Part shown: in pieces, positions 17,529-27,588 of the stretch
Layout of the letters: each line of letters begins with the position of its first letter
How positions within the stretch are numbered: the stretch's first letter is position 1
NCBI GenBank assembly: GCA_026391975.1
Contig: JAPLDB010000029.1
Location: 1 to 61,373, forward strand
DNA length: 61,373 nt
Direction: 5' to 3'
Source: Bacteroidota bacterium
GTDB lineage: Bacteria; Bacteroidota; Bacteroidia; AKYH767-A; 2013-40CM-41-45
Translations under genes and position numbers: made by a program
Notes under the pieces: model-generated
Database searches by the model: none
What the model saw: the letters and a program-made list of their open reading frames with translations, nothing else
What the model was told of the DNA's origin: nothing

Positions 17529-19334
17529 TTACTTCTCTTCTCCCGCCAGATTCGATTTTTTCGTCTCAGAATAAGGAGTTGTCTGCGGGATGAAATCATC
17601 ATCATGACCGGGCTTACTGTAATCATATGGCCAGCGGTAAACAGTCGGAATTTCTCCGGGCCAGTTACCATGTATGCCATCAATTGGCGCTGTCCATTCA
17701 ATGGTATTGCTCTTCCATGGATTTTGAGTTGATCTCTTACCACGGTACATGCTATAAAAGAAGTTGATCACAAAAATAAATTGTGCCAGGCCGCCAATGA
17801 TGGCGAAAGCACTGATCAGGTAATTGATATTAATGGCTGCGTCAAATCCTGAATAAGCGGTGTATGCATAATACCTGCGTGGTGCTCCTGCCAGTCCGAC
17901 AAAGTGCATCGGAAAGAAAGTTCCGTACACCCCAAGTATTGTAAGCCAAAAGTGAAGGTAACCAAGTCGCTTGTTCATCATACGCCCGAACATGCGCGGG
18001 AACCAATGATAGACTCCTGCAAACATTCCGAAGATTGCCGAACTTCCCATTACAATGTGGAAGTGAGCAACAACGAAATAATTATCATGGATATTTATAT
18101 CAAGTGCCGAGTCCCCGAGAATGATTCCTGTCAATCCTCCGGAAATGAAGAAGGAAACCAGTCCCATCGCAAATAGCATTGCAGGCGACAAGACAATGTT
18201 TGCTTTCCAGAGTGTTGCGAGATAGTTAAACACCTTTACTGCAGATGGAATTGCTACAAGCAGCGTTGTAAATACAAACACAGATCCCAGAAAAGGATTC
18301 ATTCCTGTGATGAACATATGGTGACCCCAGACAATGAATGAAAGGAATGCAATTACAAGCATGGAACCGATCATTGCCTTATAACCGAAGATCGGTTTGC
18401 GTGACTGAGTTGAGATAACTTCAGAAGCTAGTCCTAATGCAGGCAATAAAACGATGTAAACCTCAGGGTGACCAAGAAACCAGAACAAATGCTGGAAGAG
18501 AATCGGGCTACCTCCGGAATAGTGAAGCGGTGCACCACCAATGAATATATCAGAAAGATAAAAACTGGTACCAAAACTTCTGTCGAAAAGCAACAACAAT
18601 GCTGCTGCAAACAATACAGGGAAGGAAAGGATACCGAGAATAGCAGTAATAGTGAATGCCCAAATCGTAAGCGGCAAACGGGTCATGCTCATTCCCTTGG
18701 TGCGGAGGTTAATTACTGTCACCACATAGTTGATACCCCCCAATAATGCGGAACCGATAAACAATACCATACTAACAAGCCAGAGGGTCATTCCCAATCC
18801 GGAACCTGCAATCGCTTGTGGCAAAGCACTAAGCGGCGGATAGATTGTCCATCCACCGGACGCTGGTCCTGTCTCAATAACCAGGGATGCACACATAACA
18901 ACACAACTTCCGAAGAAGAACCAGTAGGATAACATATTTAAAAATCCGGATGCCATATCACGCGCACCAACCTGAAACGGAATCAGCAGGTTACTGAAAG
19001 TCCCTGACAGTCCGCCGGTGAGTACAAAAAACACCATGATGGTACCGTGAATGGTTACAAGACCTAAGTAAAACGAAGGATCCAGCTTTCCACCTTTTCC
19101 CCATTTTCCGAGAATTGTTTCAAGGAATGGAAATTTATGATCAGGCCAGCCAAGCTGGAGACGGAAGACCATCGACATTAACATGGCAAGCACAGCCATT
19201 AAAATAGCCGTAACTAAAAACTGCTTGCTGATCATTTTATGATCCGTGCTGAACACATATTTTGTCCAGAACGTTTCATGATGCTCATGTTCATCATGTC
19301 CGTGTGCTGTGTGTTCGAGAGAATGATCTGACAT
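17529..19334 (-). CDS. ctaD: Cytochrome c oxidase subunit I (aa3-type)
   Basis: 601 aa. Canonical heme-copper oxidase subunit I blocks WFFGHPEVYI, HHMF and VAHFH. Confidence 0.97.
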   Translation of the reverse strand: MSDHSLEHTAHGHDEHEHHETFWTKYVFSTDHKMISKQFLVTAILMAVLAMLMSMVFRLQLGWPDHKFPFLETILGKWGKGGKLDPSFYLGLVTIHGTIMVFFVLTGGLSGTFSNLLIPFQVGARDMASGFLNMLSYWFFFGSCVVMCASLVIETGPASGGWTIYPPLSALPQAIAGSGLGMTLWLVSMVLFIGSALLGGINYVVTVINLRTKGMSMTRLPLTIWAFTITAILGILSFPVLFAAALLLLFDRSFGTSFYLSDIFIGGAPLHYSGGSPILFQHLFWFLGHPEVYIVLLPALGLASEVISTQSRKPIFGYKAMIGSMLVIAFLSFIVWGHHMFITGMNPFLGSVFVFTTLLVAIPSAVKVFNYLATLWKANIVLSPAMLFAMGLVSFFISGGLTGIILGDSALDINIHDNYFVVAHFHIVMGSSAIFGMFAGVYHWFPRMFGRMMNKRLGYLHFWLTILGVYGTFFPMHFVGLAGAPRRYYAYTAYSGFDAAININYLISAFAIIGGLAQFIFVINFFYSMYRGKRSTQNPWKSNTIEWTAPIDGIHGNWPGEIPTVYRWPYDYSKPGHDDDFIPQTTPYSETKKSNLAGEEK

Positions 19335-19379
19335 TATCTGTATTTTTTGACGTTCAACAAATTAAATTTCTTATTTCAA

Positions 19380-20444
19380 TCAACGGGTAGCAACAATCTT
19401 TTTTGAGTTGTGTGCTACTTCTGCCATTCCTTTTACGGAATCCGCAGGCATGGCCTCAGGTGTTGGAGCCGTCTCCGTAGGCTGGAATACAAGTGATTGT
19501 TCTTTATACCATTTTTTAAAATCTTCCGGTGAATCAATAACCACCTTCATGTTCATGTTGTAATGCGCTACTCCGCAAACTTTATTACATAACATAACAT
19601 AATCAAATTTAGGATTGTTTGTAATCTTTCTCATTTCCGCAGTTGTAATGGTTGCTACAAAATTCATCTGAGTTGTCATTCCAGGAACTGCATTCATTTG
19701 AGCGCGCAAGTGAGGAAGATAAACACTGTGAATCACATCCCGCGAATGGATTTTAATATCCATGGGTGTATTCACCGGAATATGAAGCTCTCTTGCAATC
19801 TTATCGTCTTTTGAAGCCGGGTCTTTTTCATCAACTCCAAGCTGGTTTTCATCGGTGATCCAGCGGAAAAACGAATTCCCGAGTTTGTTATCAGAACCGG
19901 CATAGCGTGCAGTAAAGTCAAACTGTTTACCATAAACTTCCACAAGCATTGAATTCTTTGGTGCCGGACCTGTAATATCATTCCACAATTTCAATCCATA
20001 AACAATAAGTCCAATCAATACGATACCGGGGATCAATGTCCACCAGAATTCCAGTTTATGATTGTCAGGGTAGAAGTATGCTTTGTTGGTCTTTTTGTGC
20101 CTGTATTTATAACCATAACCGAACAGCAATATCTGCGTAATGATAAATACAATACCAATTAGTGCGAAGTTTTGATAAAGGTATGCATCAGTAAGTACAC
20201 CGTGTTTAGATGCCGAAATCGGCAATAAATATTTTCTGGCATCGATGGTGAACCAGATCATTCCACCCAAACCAAGAACTAAGAACCAGAGCAATAGCTT
20301 TCCGTTAAAGTTATTGTCCTTCTCCGTGATTTCATCCTCATGGCCATCGCCACCAAGCTCATTTACCATTTCGAGAATGCGGACGGCCCGCACAACAGTT
20401 ATCACAGCGAGAATGATGACGATCCAGACTAAAAGTGTATGCAT
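19380..20444 (-). CDS. ctaC: Cytochrome c oxidase subunit II (no fused cytochrome c domain)
   Basis: 354 aa. CuA site DVIHS...CNKVCGVAHYNM (CxxxCxxxHxxM). N-terminal TM helices. No CxxCH motif. Confidence 0.92.
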   Translation of the reverse strand: MHTLLVWIVIILAVITVVRAVRILEMVNELGGDGHEDEITEKDNNFNGKLLLWFLVLGLGGMIWFTIDARKYLLPISASKHGVLTDAYLYQNFALIGIVFIITQILLFGYGYKYRHKKTNKAYFYPDNHKLEFWWTLIPGIVLIGLIVYGLKLWNDITGPAPKNSMLVEVYGKQFDFTARYAGSDNKLGNSFFRWITDENQLGVDEKDPASKDDKIARELHIPVNTPMDIKIHSRDVIHSVYLPHLRAQMNAVPGMTTQMNFVATITTAEMRKITNNPKFDYVMLCNKVCGVAHYNMNMKVVIDSPEDFKKWYKEQSLVFQPTETAPTPEAMPADSVKGMAEVAHNSKKIVATR

Positions 20445-20530
20445 TTGTTGAGTTGTTCGTTAATCGTTATTTGTTACCCGGGATAATCACCGGTCTCTCT
20501 ACTCATTTTTTATTTAGCAATCAATAATTC

Positions 20531-21724
20531 TCAAATATGATGGTGTAAACTTTCCTGCATCATCGGGTGGTGCTGAGGCACAATAGCTGCCTTTGAGAGT
20601 TCGTTTAATGTTGACCAGATAAACAATCCAAGGAATCCGATCATAGTTCCAAATTCGATAAAACCGAGGTGCCATTCAGTACCTACAGTTCCCGGCATTA
20701 CCATCAGGTACACGTCAATCCAGTGTCCCAAGAATATAATGCAACCTCCAACCCAAAGAATAATGCGCTGACGCTTTGCATCTCTTGTCATCAGGATCAG
20801 GAATGGAGCGATAAAATTAACAAAGAAATTTCCAATCCACATGGTACGGTAGTGCAACCATCGTGTATGGAAATAAACTACTTCTTCAGGAAGATTGGCA
20901 TACCAGATGAGCATGAACTGAGAGAACCACAGGTATGTCCAGAAGATTGAAAATGCAAACATGAATTTACCAACATCATGAAGGTGATTTTCATTGATAT
21001 GATCCATGTAACCGCGGCCCTTCAGGTACAAAGTAAACATGGTGATCATGGCCATTCCGCTCACAAACAAGCCGGCAAATGTGTACCATCCGAAGAGTGT
21101 TGAGAACCAGTGTGAATCAATAGACATGAGGATATCCCATGCAGATGTAGACGATGTGACAGCAAAAAATACCAGGAAAACTGCACCCAGTGTTACGCAT
21201 TTTTTATAGTGAACAATATTGCCGTCTGTATCTTCAAGCAGTGAATGTTTTCGAAATGCCATTGAAAAACCGATCCATATAATTGCATAAGCTACCAAAC
21301 GTGTTATGTAAAACGGCACATTAAGAAATCCACTTTTGCCCGCAAGAATACGATCGTATTCAGGGCTGGCTTTGTCATAGAGTTCCGGATGTGTCCAGTG
21401 ATAAAGGTCATGGTGTCCGAATATAAAAATCAGAATCAATCCGACCATTCCGAATTTTAAGAATCCGGTAATTGCTTCAGGTATTCTTTTAATACCTACA
21501 GCCCATCCTGCCTGTGCCGCATAATTGAAGGCAATAAAAAATGCTGACGCCAGCGCCATTGCGGTGAAATAAAAATCGTTGTGCAGAAGCACAGCCCATG
21601 CCCTTGTTTTGTCAGTCATGAAACCCATCACAACGGCTATAACACCAATTGCCATCATGACAATCGGAATTATTTTATTATTCCTGGTGAGTTCGTATTT
21701 ACGATTAGAAATTAGTTGCTCCAT
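20531..21724 (-). CDS. actF: Alternative complex III subunit ActF (polytopic quinol:cytochrome c oxidoreductase membrane subunit)
   Basis: 397-aa polytopic membrane protein, located between actE and ctaC as in described Bacteroidota ACIII operons. Confidence 0.78.
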   Translation of the reverse strand: MEQLISNRKYELTRNNKIIPIVMMAIGVIAVVMGFMTDKTRAWAVLLHNDFYFTAMALASAFFIAFNYAAQAGWAVGIKRIPEAITGFLKFGMVGLILIFIFGHHDLYHWTHPELYDKASPEYDRILAGKSGFLNVPFYITRLVAYAIIWIGFSMAFRKHSLLEDTDGNIVHYKKCVTLGAVFLVFFAVTSSTSAWDILMSIDSHWFSTLFGWYTFAGLFVSGMAMITMFTLYLKGRGYMDHINENHLHDVGKFMFAFSIFWTYLWFSQFMLIWYANLPEEVVYFHTRWLHYRTMWIGNFFVNFIAPFLILMTRDAKRQRIILWVGGCIIFLGHWIDVYLMVMPGTVGTEWHLGFIEFGTMIGFLGLFIWSTLNELSKAAIVPQHHPMMQESLHHHI

Positions 21725-21747
21725 CGTGAAAATTTTCTTTCGTTAAA

Positions 21748-22374
21748 TTATCCTTTTTTTGCTTCTGTCTTTGCCGAATCCGCGGCTGCAGTCTGTCCTC
21801 CGGGCTTCTGCAATGTCTGTATGTACATGATGATCTTCCAGCGCTGTGATGCTGTAAGTTGCGATGCATGTGATCCCATCATATTCTTTCCGAATTGTGT
21901 AGTATGAAATGCTTTTCCTTCAGGGAGATCTTTCAATGCATCGCTGCTGTATGCAGGTGGCTTTGGCCCATTATGTGTAACCACCAAACCATCGCCCATT
22001 CCTTTAGGGCCATGACAATGCGTACAATAGTTTTCATAAAGACGCTTACCTTCTGTCATATTTGCTTCTGTGCGCTCCAGCGGATTGTGGAGGTTCAGGC
22101 CGGCAGCTTCATATCCTTCAGGCGAATTTTCATATGGATAAGGCATGCGGTCCATGGAGGCATAAATATCATTTCCTCTTGCAATTGTTCCTGCAACAGG
22201 CTGCTGATCTGTAATGCTATCCTTGAAAATTGGATTCGCCGAATTGGCTTCATAGCCAACAGCATTGTACATGTCCGGCATGTATTCATAACCGGGGCTT
22301 TTAGGATCATCGTTGCATGAAGAAACAGCGATGGCTGCTGCAACAGGCAAAATATATTTAATAATATTTTTCAT
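21748..22374 (-). CDS. actE: Alternative complex III monoheme cytochrome c lipoprotein ActE
   Basis: 208 aa. Lipobox AVSSC, a single CTHCH heme motif, and position after actD. Confidence 0.85.
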   Translation of the reverse strand: MKNIIKYILPVAAAIAVSSCNDDPKSPGYEYMPDMYNAVGYEANSANPIFKDSITDQQPVAGTIARGNDIYASMDRMPYPYENSPEGYEAAGLNLHNPLERTEANMTEGKRLYENYCTHCHGPKGMGDGLVVTHNGPKPPAYSSDALKDLPEGKAFHTTQFGKNMMGSHASQLTASQRWKIIMYIQTLQKPGGQTAAADSAKTEAKKG

Positions 22375-22378
22375 CTGC

Positions 22379-22912
22379 TTATGCGAATTGCAATGATTTC
22401 ATCAATACTTCAGACGCTCCTGAACCCTTGATCAGGTTAGCTGTTTCATCCAGTTTGCTTTCATCTTTCACTGAAACATGCAATACAAACTTATCATCGG
22501 TAATTCTTGGATGCGGGATCGGAGCCGTTACACCAGGCAATAATTTACTTCTCAATAAAAATGTAATTACCATACCATGGGCAGCACAAAATACAGTGCT
22601 TTCGAAAGTGACGGGGATAAATGCGGGCAGGTTCATATAGAACATAAAGTTCGGCTTACCGCCAATGTTGATCGGCCAGTCGTGGACCATCATATACCAA
22701 GTCATCAGGAGCGCAAGTGTTGTACCTGTAGCGCCATACATGAACGCAGCAATTGAAATACGTGTCCGTGGCACATTTAAAAGCTTCTCAATCCCATGGA
22801 TCGGAAACGGTGTTTGTGCATCCACACATTTGACGCCTTTGCTGAGCAGGTTTTGAATTCCTGTCATCAGATCAGTTTCGTCATCGTAAACTCCGTATAT
22901 GATTCTTGACAT
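22379..22912 (-). CDS. actD: Alternative complex III subunit ActD (DUF3341)
   Basis: 177 aa with two TM helices after a soluble N-domain. It lies 4 nt upstream of actE. Confidence 0.85.
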   Translation of the reverse strand: MSRIIYGVYDDETDLMTGIQNLLSKGVKCVDAQTPFPIHGIEKLLNVPRTRISIAAFMYGATGTTLALLMTWYMMVHDWPINIGGKPNFMFYMNLPAFIPVTFESTVFCAAHGMVITFLLRSKLLPGVTAPIPHPRITDDKFVLHVSVKDESKLDETANLIKGSGASEVLMKSLQFA

Positions 22913-22942
22913 TGTATTTAATTCTTTACAAATTTATTTCGA

Positions 22943-24334
22943 TCAAACTCCTTTACCCTTATACTGATTGCTTGTTTTCTTCATAATGGTTTTCAACTCA
23001 GCCAATGCGATAACAGGAAACACCCTTGCGAAAACGAGGAAACACGTAAAGAATAGTCCGATGGTTCCTACGAATATTCCCACTTCAATAAATGTTGGCG
23101 AATACATTGTCCAGCTGGATGGCAGATAATCACGGTGAATTGAGGTTACGATAATTACAAATCGCTCAAACCACATTCCGATATTTACAAAGATGGAGAT
23201 GATGAAGGTAGCCAAAGCACTTCTGCGGATTTTCTTAAACCAGAATAACTGCGGCGTAATAACGTTGCACGTCATCATGCTCCAGTATGCCCACCAATAT
23301 GGACCAAAAGCCCTGTTCTGGAAAGCATAAGCTTCATATTGAACACCTGAATACCAGGCCATGAAAAACTCTGTGATGTAAGCAACACCTACAATTGAAC
23401 CGGTAAGAATGATGATCTTATTCATCAGTTCAATGTGCTGAATGGTGATGTATTCTTCCAGTGACAATACTTTTCTTGCCACAAGCATCAGCGTCAATAC
23501 CATTGCGAAACCGGAGAAGATCGCACCGGCAACGAAGTATGGCGGGAAGATGGTAGTATGCCAACCGGGAACGATGGATGTTGCGAAGTCAAAGGATACA
23601 ATGGTATGTACTGAGAGTACGAGTGGAGTTGAAAGTCCGGCAAGTACCAGCGCCACTTCTTCAAAGCGAAGCCAGTCGCGGGCTGTGCCTTTCCAGCCGA
23701 AAGAGAGAAGTCCGTAAATGAATTTTTTTGTTGGCGTAATTGCGCGGTCCCTGATCGTGGCCAGATCCGGTATCAAACCCAGATACCAGAATACCAGAGA
23801 TACAGAGAAGTATGTTGAGATCGCGAATACGTCCCAGAGCAACGGAGAATTAAAGTTCACCCACAATGATCCGAACTGATTTGGTAGCGGGAGCATCCAG
23901 TAATCAAGCCATGGACGACCTGTGTGAAATACCGGAAATAAACCTGCGCAGATTACGGCAAAGATCGTCATCGCTTCTGCTGAGCGATTGATGGACATTC
24001 TCCAGCGCTGGCGAAACAGCAACAAAATTGCTGAGATCAAGGTGCCTGCGTGACCGATACCGATCCACCAAACGAAGTTGGTGATATCCCAGGCCCAACC
24101 TACTGTTTTATTCAGTCCCCATGATCCGATCCCGTTTCCGATGGTATACGCAAGGCAAAGAATACCCCAGAGCATCGTGGTTGCTGAAATAATAAAAGCA
24201 ATCCACCAATATTTATTTGCCTTCCCTTCAATAGGGCGGCAAATGTCTTCCGTCATCTGGTGATAACTCTTTTTACCGAGTATCAGCGGGTCGCGGACTT
24301 CTGCTTCGTACTTCGCATTTACTGCTGTTGACAT
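22943..24334 (-). CDS. actC: Alternative complex III subunit ActC (NrfD/PsrC-like quinol-binding membrane subunit)
   Basis: 463-aa polytopic protein with an NrfD-like pattern, following actB. Confidence 0.9.
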   Translation of the reverse strand: MSTAVNAKYEAEVRDPLILGKKSYHQMTEDICRPIEGKANKYWWIAFIISATTMLWGILCLAYTIGNGIGSWGLNKTVGWAWDITNFVWWIGIGHAGTLISAILLLFRQRWRMSINRSAEAMTIFAVICAGLFPVFHTGRPWLDYWMLPLPNQFGSLWVNFNSPLLWDVFAISTYFSVSLVFWYLGLIPDLATIRDRAITPTKKFIYGLLSFGWKGTARDWLRFEEVALVLAGLSTPLVLSVHTIVSFDFATSIVPGWHTTIFPPYFVAGAIFSGFAMVLTLMLVARKVLSLEEYITIQHIELMNKIIILTGSIVGVAYITEFFMAWYSGVQYEAYAFQNRAFGPYWWAYWSMMTCNVITPQLFWFKKIRRSALATFIISIFVNIGMWFERFVIIVTSIHRDYLPSSWTMYSPTFIEVGIFVGTIGLFFTCFLVFARVFPVIALAELKTIMKKTSNQYKGKGV

Positions 24335-24368
24335 TTATTTTTTCTTTTTCGTTTAACGAATCTTACAA

Positions 24369-27300
24369 TTAACCGTTCTTTTCTGTGTGCGCTTCGCCCT
24401 TCAAATTACGAACCTTGGTTTGGTAGAATACATTCGGCTGAACGTTGAGTTCTTCCAGCAGGTGATAACTGCGTCCTTCCGGCTCCCACATCTTATTGAT
24501 CATGCTTTCTTTGTCTTTGTAATCACCGAAAGTGATCGCCTGTGTAGGACATGACTGTGCGCAAGCTGTATTGATCTCTCCGTCTTTAACTTTTCTTCCC
24601 TGTTTCTTCGCAACCAGTTTTCCCTCTTGCAAACGCTGAACACACATTGAACACTTCTCCATGACTCCACGCGCACGAACCACAACATCAGGATTCAGTA
24701 CCATTTTACCGAGGTCATTGTTCATGTTGAAATCGAACTTCTTGTTGTCGGTATAACGGAACCAGTTGAAGCGTCGTACTTTATAAGGACAGTTGTTTGC
24801 GCAATAGCGTGTACCAACACATCGGTTATAAATCATCTGGTTCAAACCTTCCGAGCTATGGCTTGTTGCTATTACCGGGCAAACAGTTTCGCAAGGTGCA
24901 TGTGCGCAATGCTGGCACATTACAGGCTGGAATACCACCTTTGGATTGTCGGATGGAATTTCCATGGCCTTGATATCGCCGCTTTCATGTTCTTTCGGAT
25001 CTGCATCTGAAGAAAAATACCTGTCAATCCGGATCCAGTGCATTTCGCGACTGTTTACCACTTCCTCTTTTCCGACTACAGGAACATTGTTTTCTGCCGT
25101 ACAGGCTACAACACATGTTCCACAGCCGATACATGAATTCAGGTCGATGCTCATTCCGAAGTGGTGATTGCCATCCTCATGTTCATCCCAAAGACTCAAC
25201 TCTTCTGTTGTCAGTTTCTTTTCTTCCTTGCCTATTTTTACTGAGAATAGTTCCTTCTCATTGCCCGCCATTGGGTCTTTGATAAAATCTTCCAGTGTTG
25301 TTTCTTTAACGATCGCACGTCCCATCATCGTATGGTGCGTCTGCGTTGCAGCAAGCTTGTGATCGTCTTCAACAGTTTTGGTTATCTGAACTCCGCCTGC
25401 AGCATACATCATTTGTCCGTCAACAAGGCTGATGAACGGATATGCGTTCACGCCTACTTTGTTGGCAACTTTTCCGGCGGCTGTTCTGCCATAACCTAAT
25501 GCAAGAGAACAAGTGCCGGGCATTTGTCCTGGCTGAATCACAACCGGAACTTTCATGCTTACGCCATTGGCTTTCACCTCAACAATATTACCTTGCTTCC
25601 AACTGTTGTCACGTGCATCCTTGGGAGCTACACACAGGTAATTATCCCAGGTAATTTTTGAAATTGGATCAGGAAGTTCCTGAAGCCACGGATTGTTTGC
25701 CTGGATACCTGAACCTACTCCTGTCTTTTCATACAACGACATTTCAATTCCTGAAACATTCATTTTGGAAACCGCATCCGCGGCAGCAGAAAGATTGGCA
25801 GCCGTTTTGTAATTCTTCGGAGCCGCTTGTTCGCCTTCCAGGACACCTTCCTGCAATACGTCATTCCATGATTTTCCCTTCAGGATATTTGCACTCCAGT
25901 GCTGTGCAATGAAATCGTGGTAGTTGGTAGTGTTCCCTGCCCAAACCAAAAGCGATTCAGAAAACTGCCGTGTACTGAACAGCGGTGCGATCGTAGGCTG
26001 GGTGAGTGAATATTTTCCTTGCTTCGGTTCAGCATCATTCCATGATTCCAACGGATGGTTGTCAGGACATATATACTGGCATGCAGAAGCAGTTTCATCA
26101 GCACGGTCAGCAAATGAAACGCTGCACGATACTTTCTTTAATGCCTCGCCGAATTGTTTTCCCATTGGTGAAGTGTATACGGGATTGCTGTTATAGATCA
26201 GCAATGCGCCAACTTCGCCCTTTGTCATTTCATCCATCAGCATTGCCACATCTGCATCATTACCCTGGCGCAGATGACAGTAATTATCAAGGTCAATTGT
26301 AGTTCCGTAATTCTCAAGCAATGAATTGATACCATTCACAAGATTCTGAACTGCGGTATTGTTAATTCCGCAAACAACAAGAGATTTTCCTTTGCTGCTC
26401 CACAGTTCATCCGCCAGTTGAGAGATCGCTTTTCCAAGGTCTCCTACAGGTCCTGCATTTACCGCAGACGCTCCGGCTTTTGATGCGATCGCATTGTAGA
26501 GGTTTGCGAGGACAGCGCCCTGCATACTTGGCTTCACATGATAACGTTCGTCAGCATTACTTCCTGTCAAAGAAAGTGTTGATTCAAACTGAACATGCTT
26601 TGACATGCTTTTTTTGCCGCTATTGAGCTTGCGTGTTGCAGCATATTGGCGGGCATATTCGATTGGTGATATCCAGTTGATTAGAAAGTCACAGTCAAAT
26701 GATGCAATAACCTCTGCTTTGTCGAAGTTGTAACTTGGAATTTCATTCACTCCAAAACTCTCTTTGTTAGCGGCCTTCATGGCTGAGCATGAAACCGCAT
26801 CATATACTACATGTTTGGTATTCGGATATTTTTTACCAAACTCCTCAATGGTTTTTAATGTAGATGGTGAAATCAGAGTTGAAGACAGGATCCTGATCTT
26901 GCCTCCCGCTGATGCAACAGACTGGAGCTTCATTGCAATCTCCTTATCTATGTTTTCCCAGCTCTCCGGTGACCCGTTTGCCATCGGGGTTTTTAAGCGA
27001 GACTTATCATAAAGTGAAAGAACAGATCCCTGAATACGTGCATTTGTGCCGCCTTTTGTTACAGATGAGCCTGTATTTCCTTCTATTTTGATTGGACGTC
27101 CTTCTCTTGTTTTTACAAGTACTGAACAATAGTCATATCCATCATGGTAAGATGAAGCGTACCAGTTGCTTACTCCGGGTGTTATCTGTTCAGGACGGAT
27201 CAGGTAAGGGATCGTTTTACGAACAGGTGCTTCACAGGCAGCAAGAGACGCGGCTGCCACACTGAATCCTAAAAATTTTAAGAAATCCCTACGGGGTGTA

Positions 27301-27506
27301 ACTGTTACATCATTTGATTTCTCCTGAACGATTTCGTCCAGTGGAAGATGCTCTGCAAATTCATTGTTCTTCAACTGAACAAACTTTGCATCGTTCTGCA
27401 GTTCTTCTACCCCTTTCCAGTAGCGCCTCCCCAACCCCTCCGAAAGAGGGGCTTCAACAGCCGTTCCGGAATTTTCGTTGTGAGTATGATTGTGGTTATG
27501 ACTCAT
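24369..27506 (-). CDS. actB: Alternative complex III subunit ActB (TAT-variant-translocated molybdopterin-oxidoreductase-like plus 4Fe-4S ferredoxin domains)
   Basis: 1045 aa. His-rich N-terminus HNHNHTHN, then RRYWKGVEEL, and a Tat-like RRDFLKFLGFSVAAASLAAC about 70 aa in. C-terminal Cys clusters CIGCGTCVVAC, CQHCAHAPC and CVGTRYCANNCP. Confidence 0.92.
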   Translation of the reverse strand: MSHNHNHTHNENSGTAVEAPLSEGLGRRYWKGVEELQNDAKFVQLKNNEFAEHLPLDEIVQEKSNDVTVTPRRDFLKFLGFSVAAASLAACEAPVRKTIPYLIRPEQITPGVSNWYASSYHDGYDYCSVLVKTREGRPIKIEGNTGSSVTKGGTNARIQGSVLSLYDKSRLKTPMANGSPESWENIDKEIAMKLQSVASAGGKIRILSSTLISPSTLKTIEEFGKKYPNTKHVVYDAVSCSAMKAANKESFGVNEIPSYNFDKAEVIASFDCDFLINWISPIEYARQYAATRKLNSGKKSMSKHVQFESTLSLTGSNADERYHVKPSMQGAVLANLYNAIASKAGASAVNAGPVGDLGKAISQLADELWSSKGKSLVVCGINNTAVQNLVNGINSLLENYGTTIDLDNYCHLRQGNDADVAMLMDEMTKGEVGALLIYNSNPVYTSPMGKQFGEALKKVSCSVSFADRADETASACQYICPDNHPLESWNDAEPKQGKYSLTQPTIAPLFSTRQFSESLLVWAGNTTNYHDFIAQHWSANILKGKSWNDVLQEGVLEGEQAAPKNYKTAANLSAAADAVSKMNVSGIEMSLYEKTGVGSGIQANNPWLQELPDPISKITWDNYLCVAPKDARDNSWKQGNIVEVKANGVSMKVPVVIQPGQMPGTCSLALGYGRTAAGKVANKVGVNAYPFISLVDGQMMYAAGGVQITKTVEDDHKLAATQTHHTMMGRAIVKETTLEDFIKDPMAGNEKELFSVKIGKEEKKLTTEELSLWDEHEDGNHHFGMSIDLNSCIGCGTCVVACTAENNVPVVGKEEVVNSREMHWIRIDRYFSSDADPKEHESGDIKAMEIPSDNPKVVFQPVMCQHCAHAPCETVCPVIATSHSSEGLNQMIYNRCVGTRYCANNCPYKVRRFNWFRYTDNKKFDFNMNNDLGKMVLNPDVVVRARGVMEKCSMCVQRLQEGKLVAKKQGRKVKDGEINTACAQSCPTQAITFGDYKDKESMINKMWEPEGRSYHLLEELNVQPNVFYQTKVRNLKGEAHTEKNG

Positions 27507-27588
27507 TCTTCTTTTTCAATTAAGTTCTGAAAATCACCTTTATTTTTTCATTATTCCATCCGCCAGGGCGGATTTGGATGGGATTATT

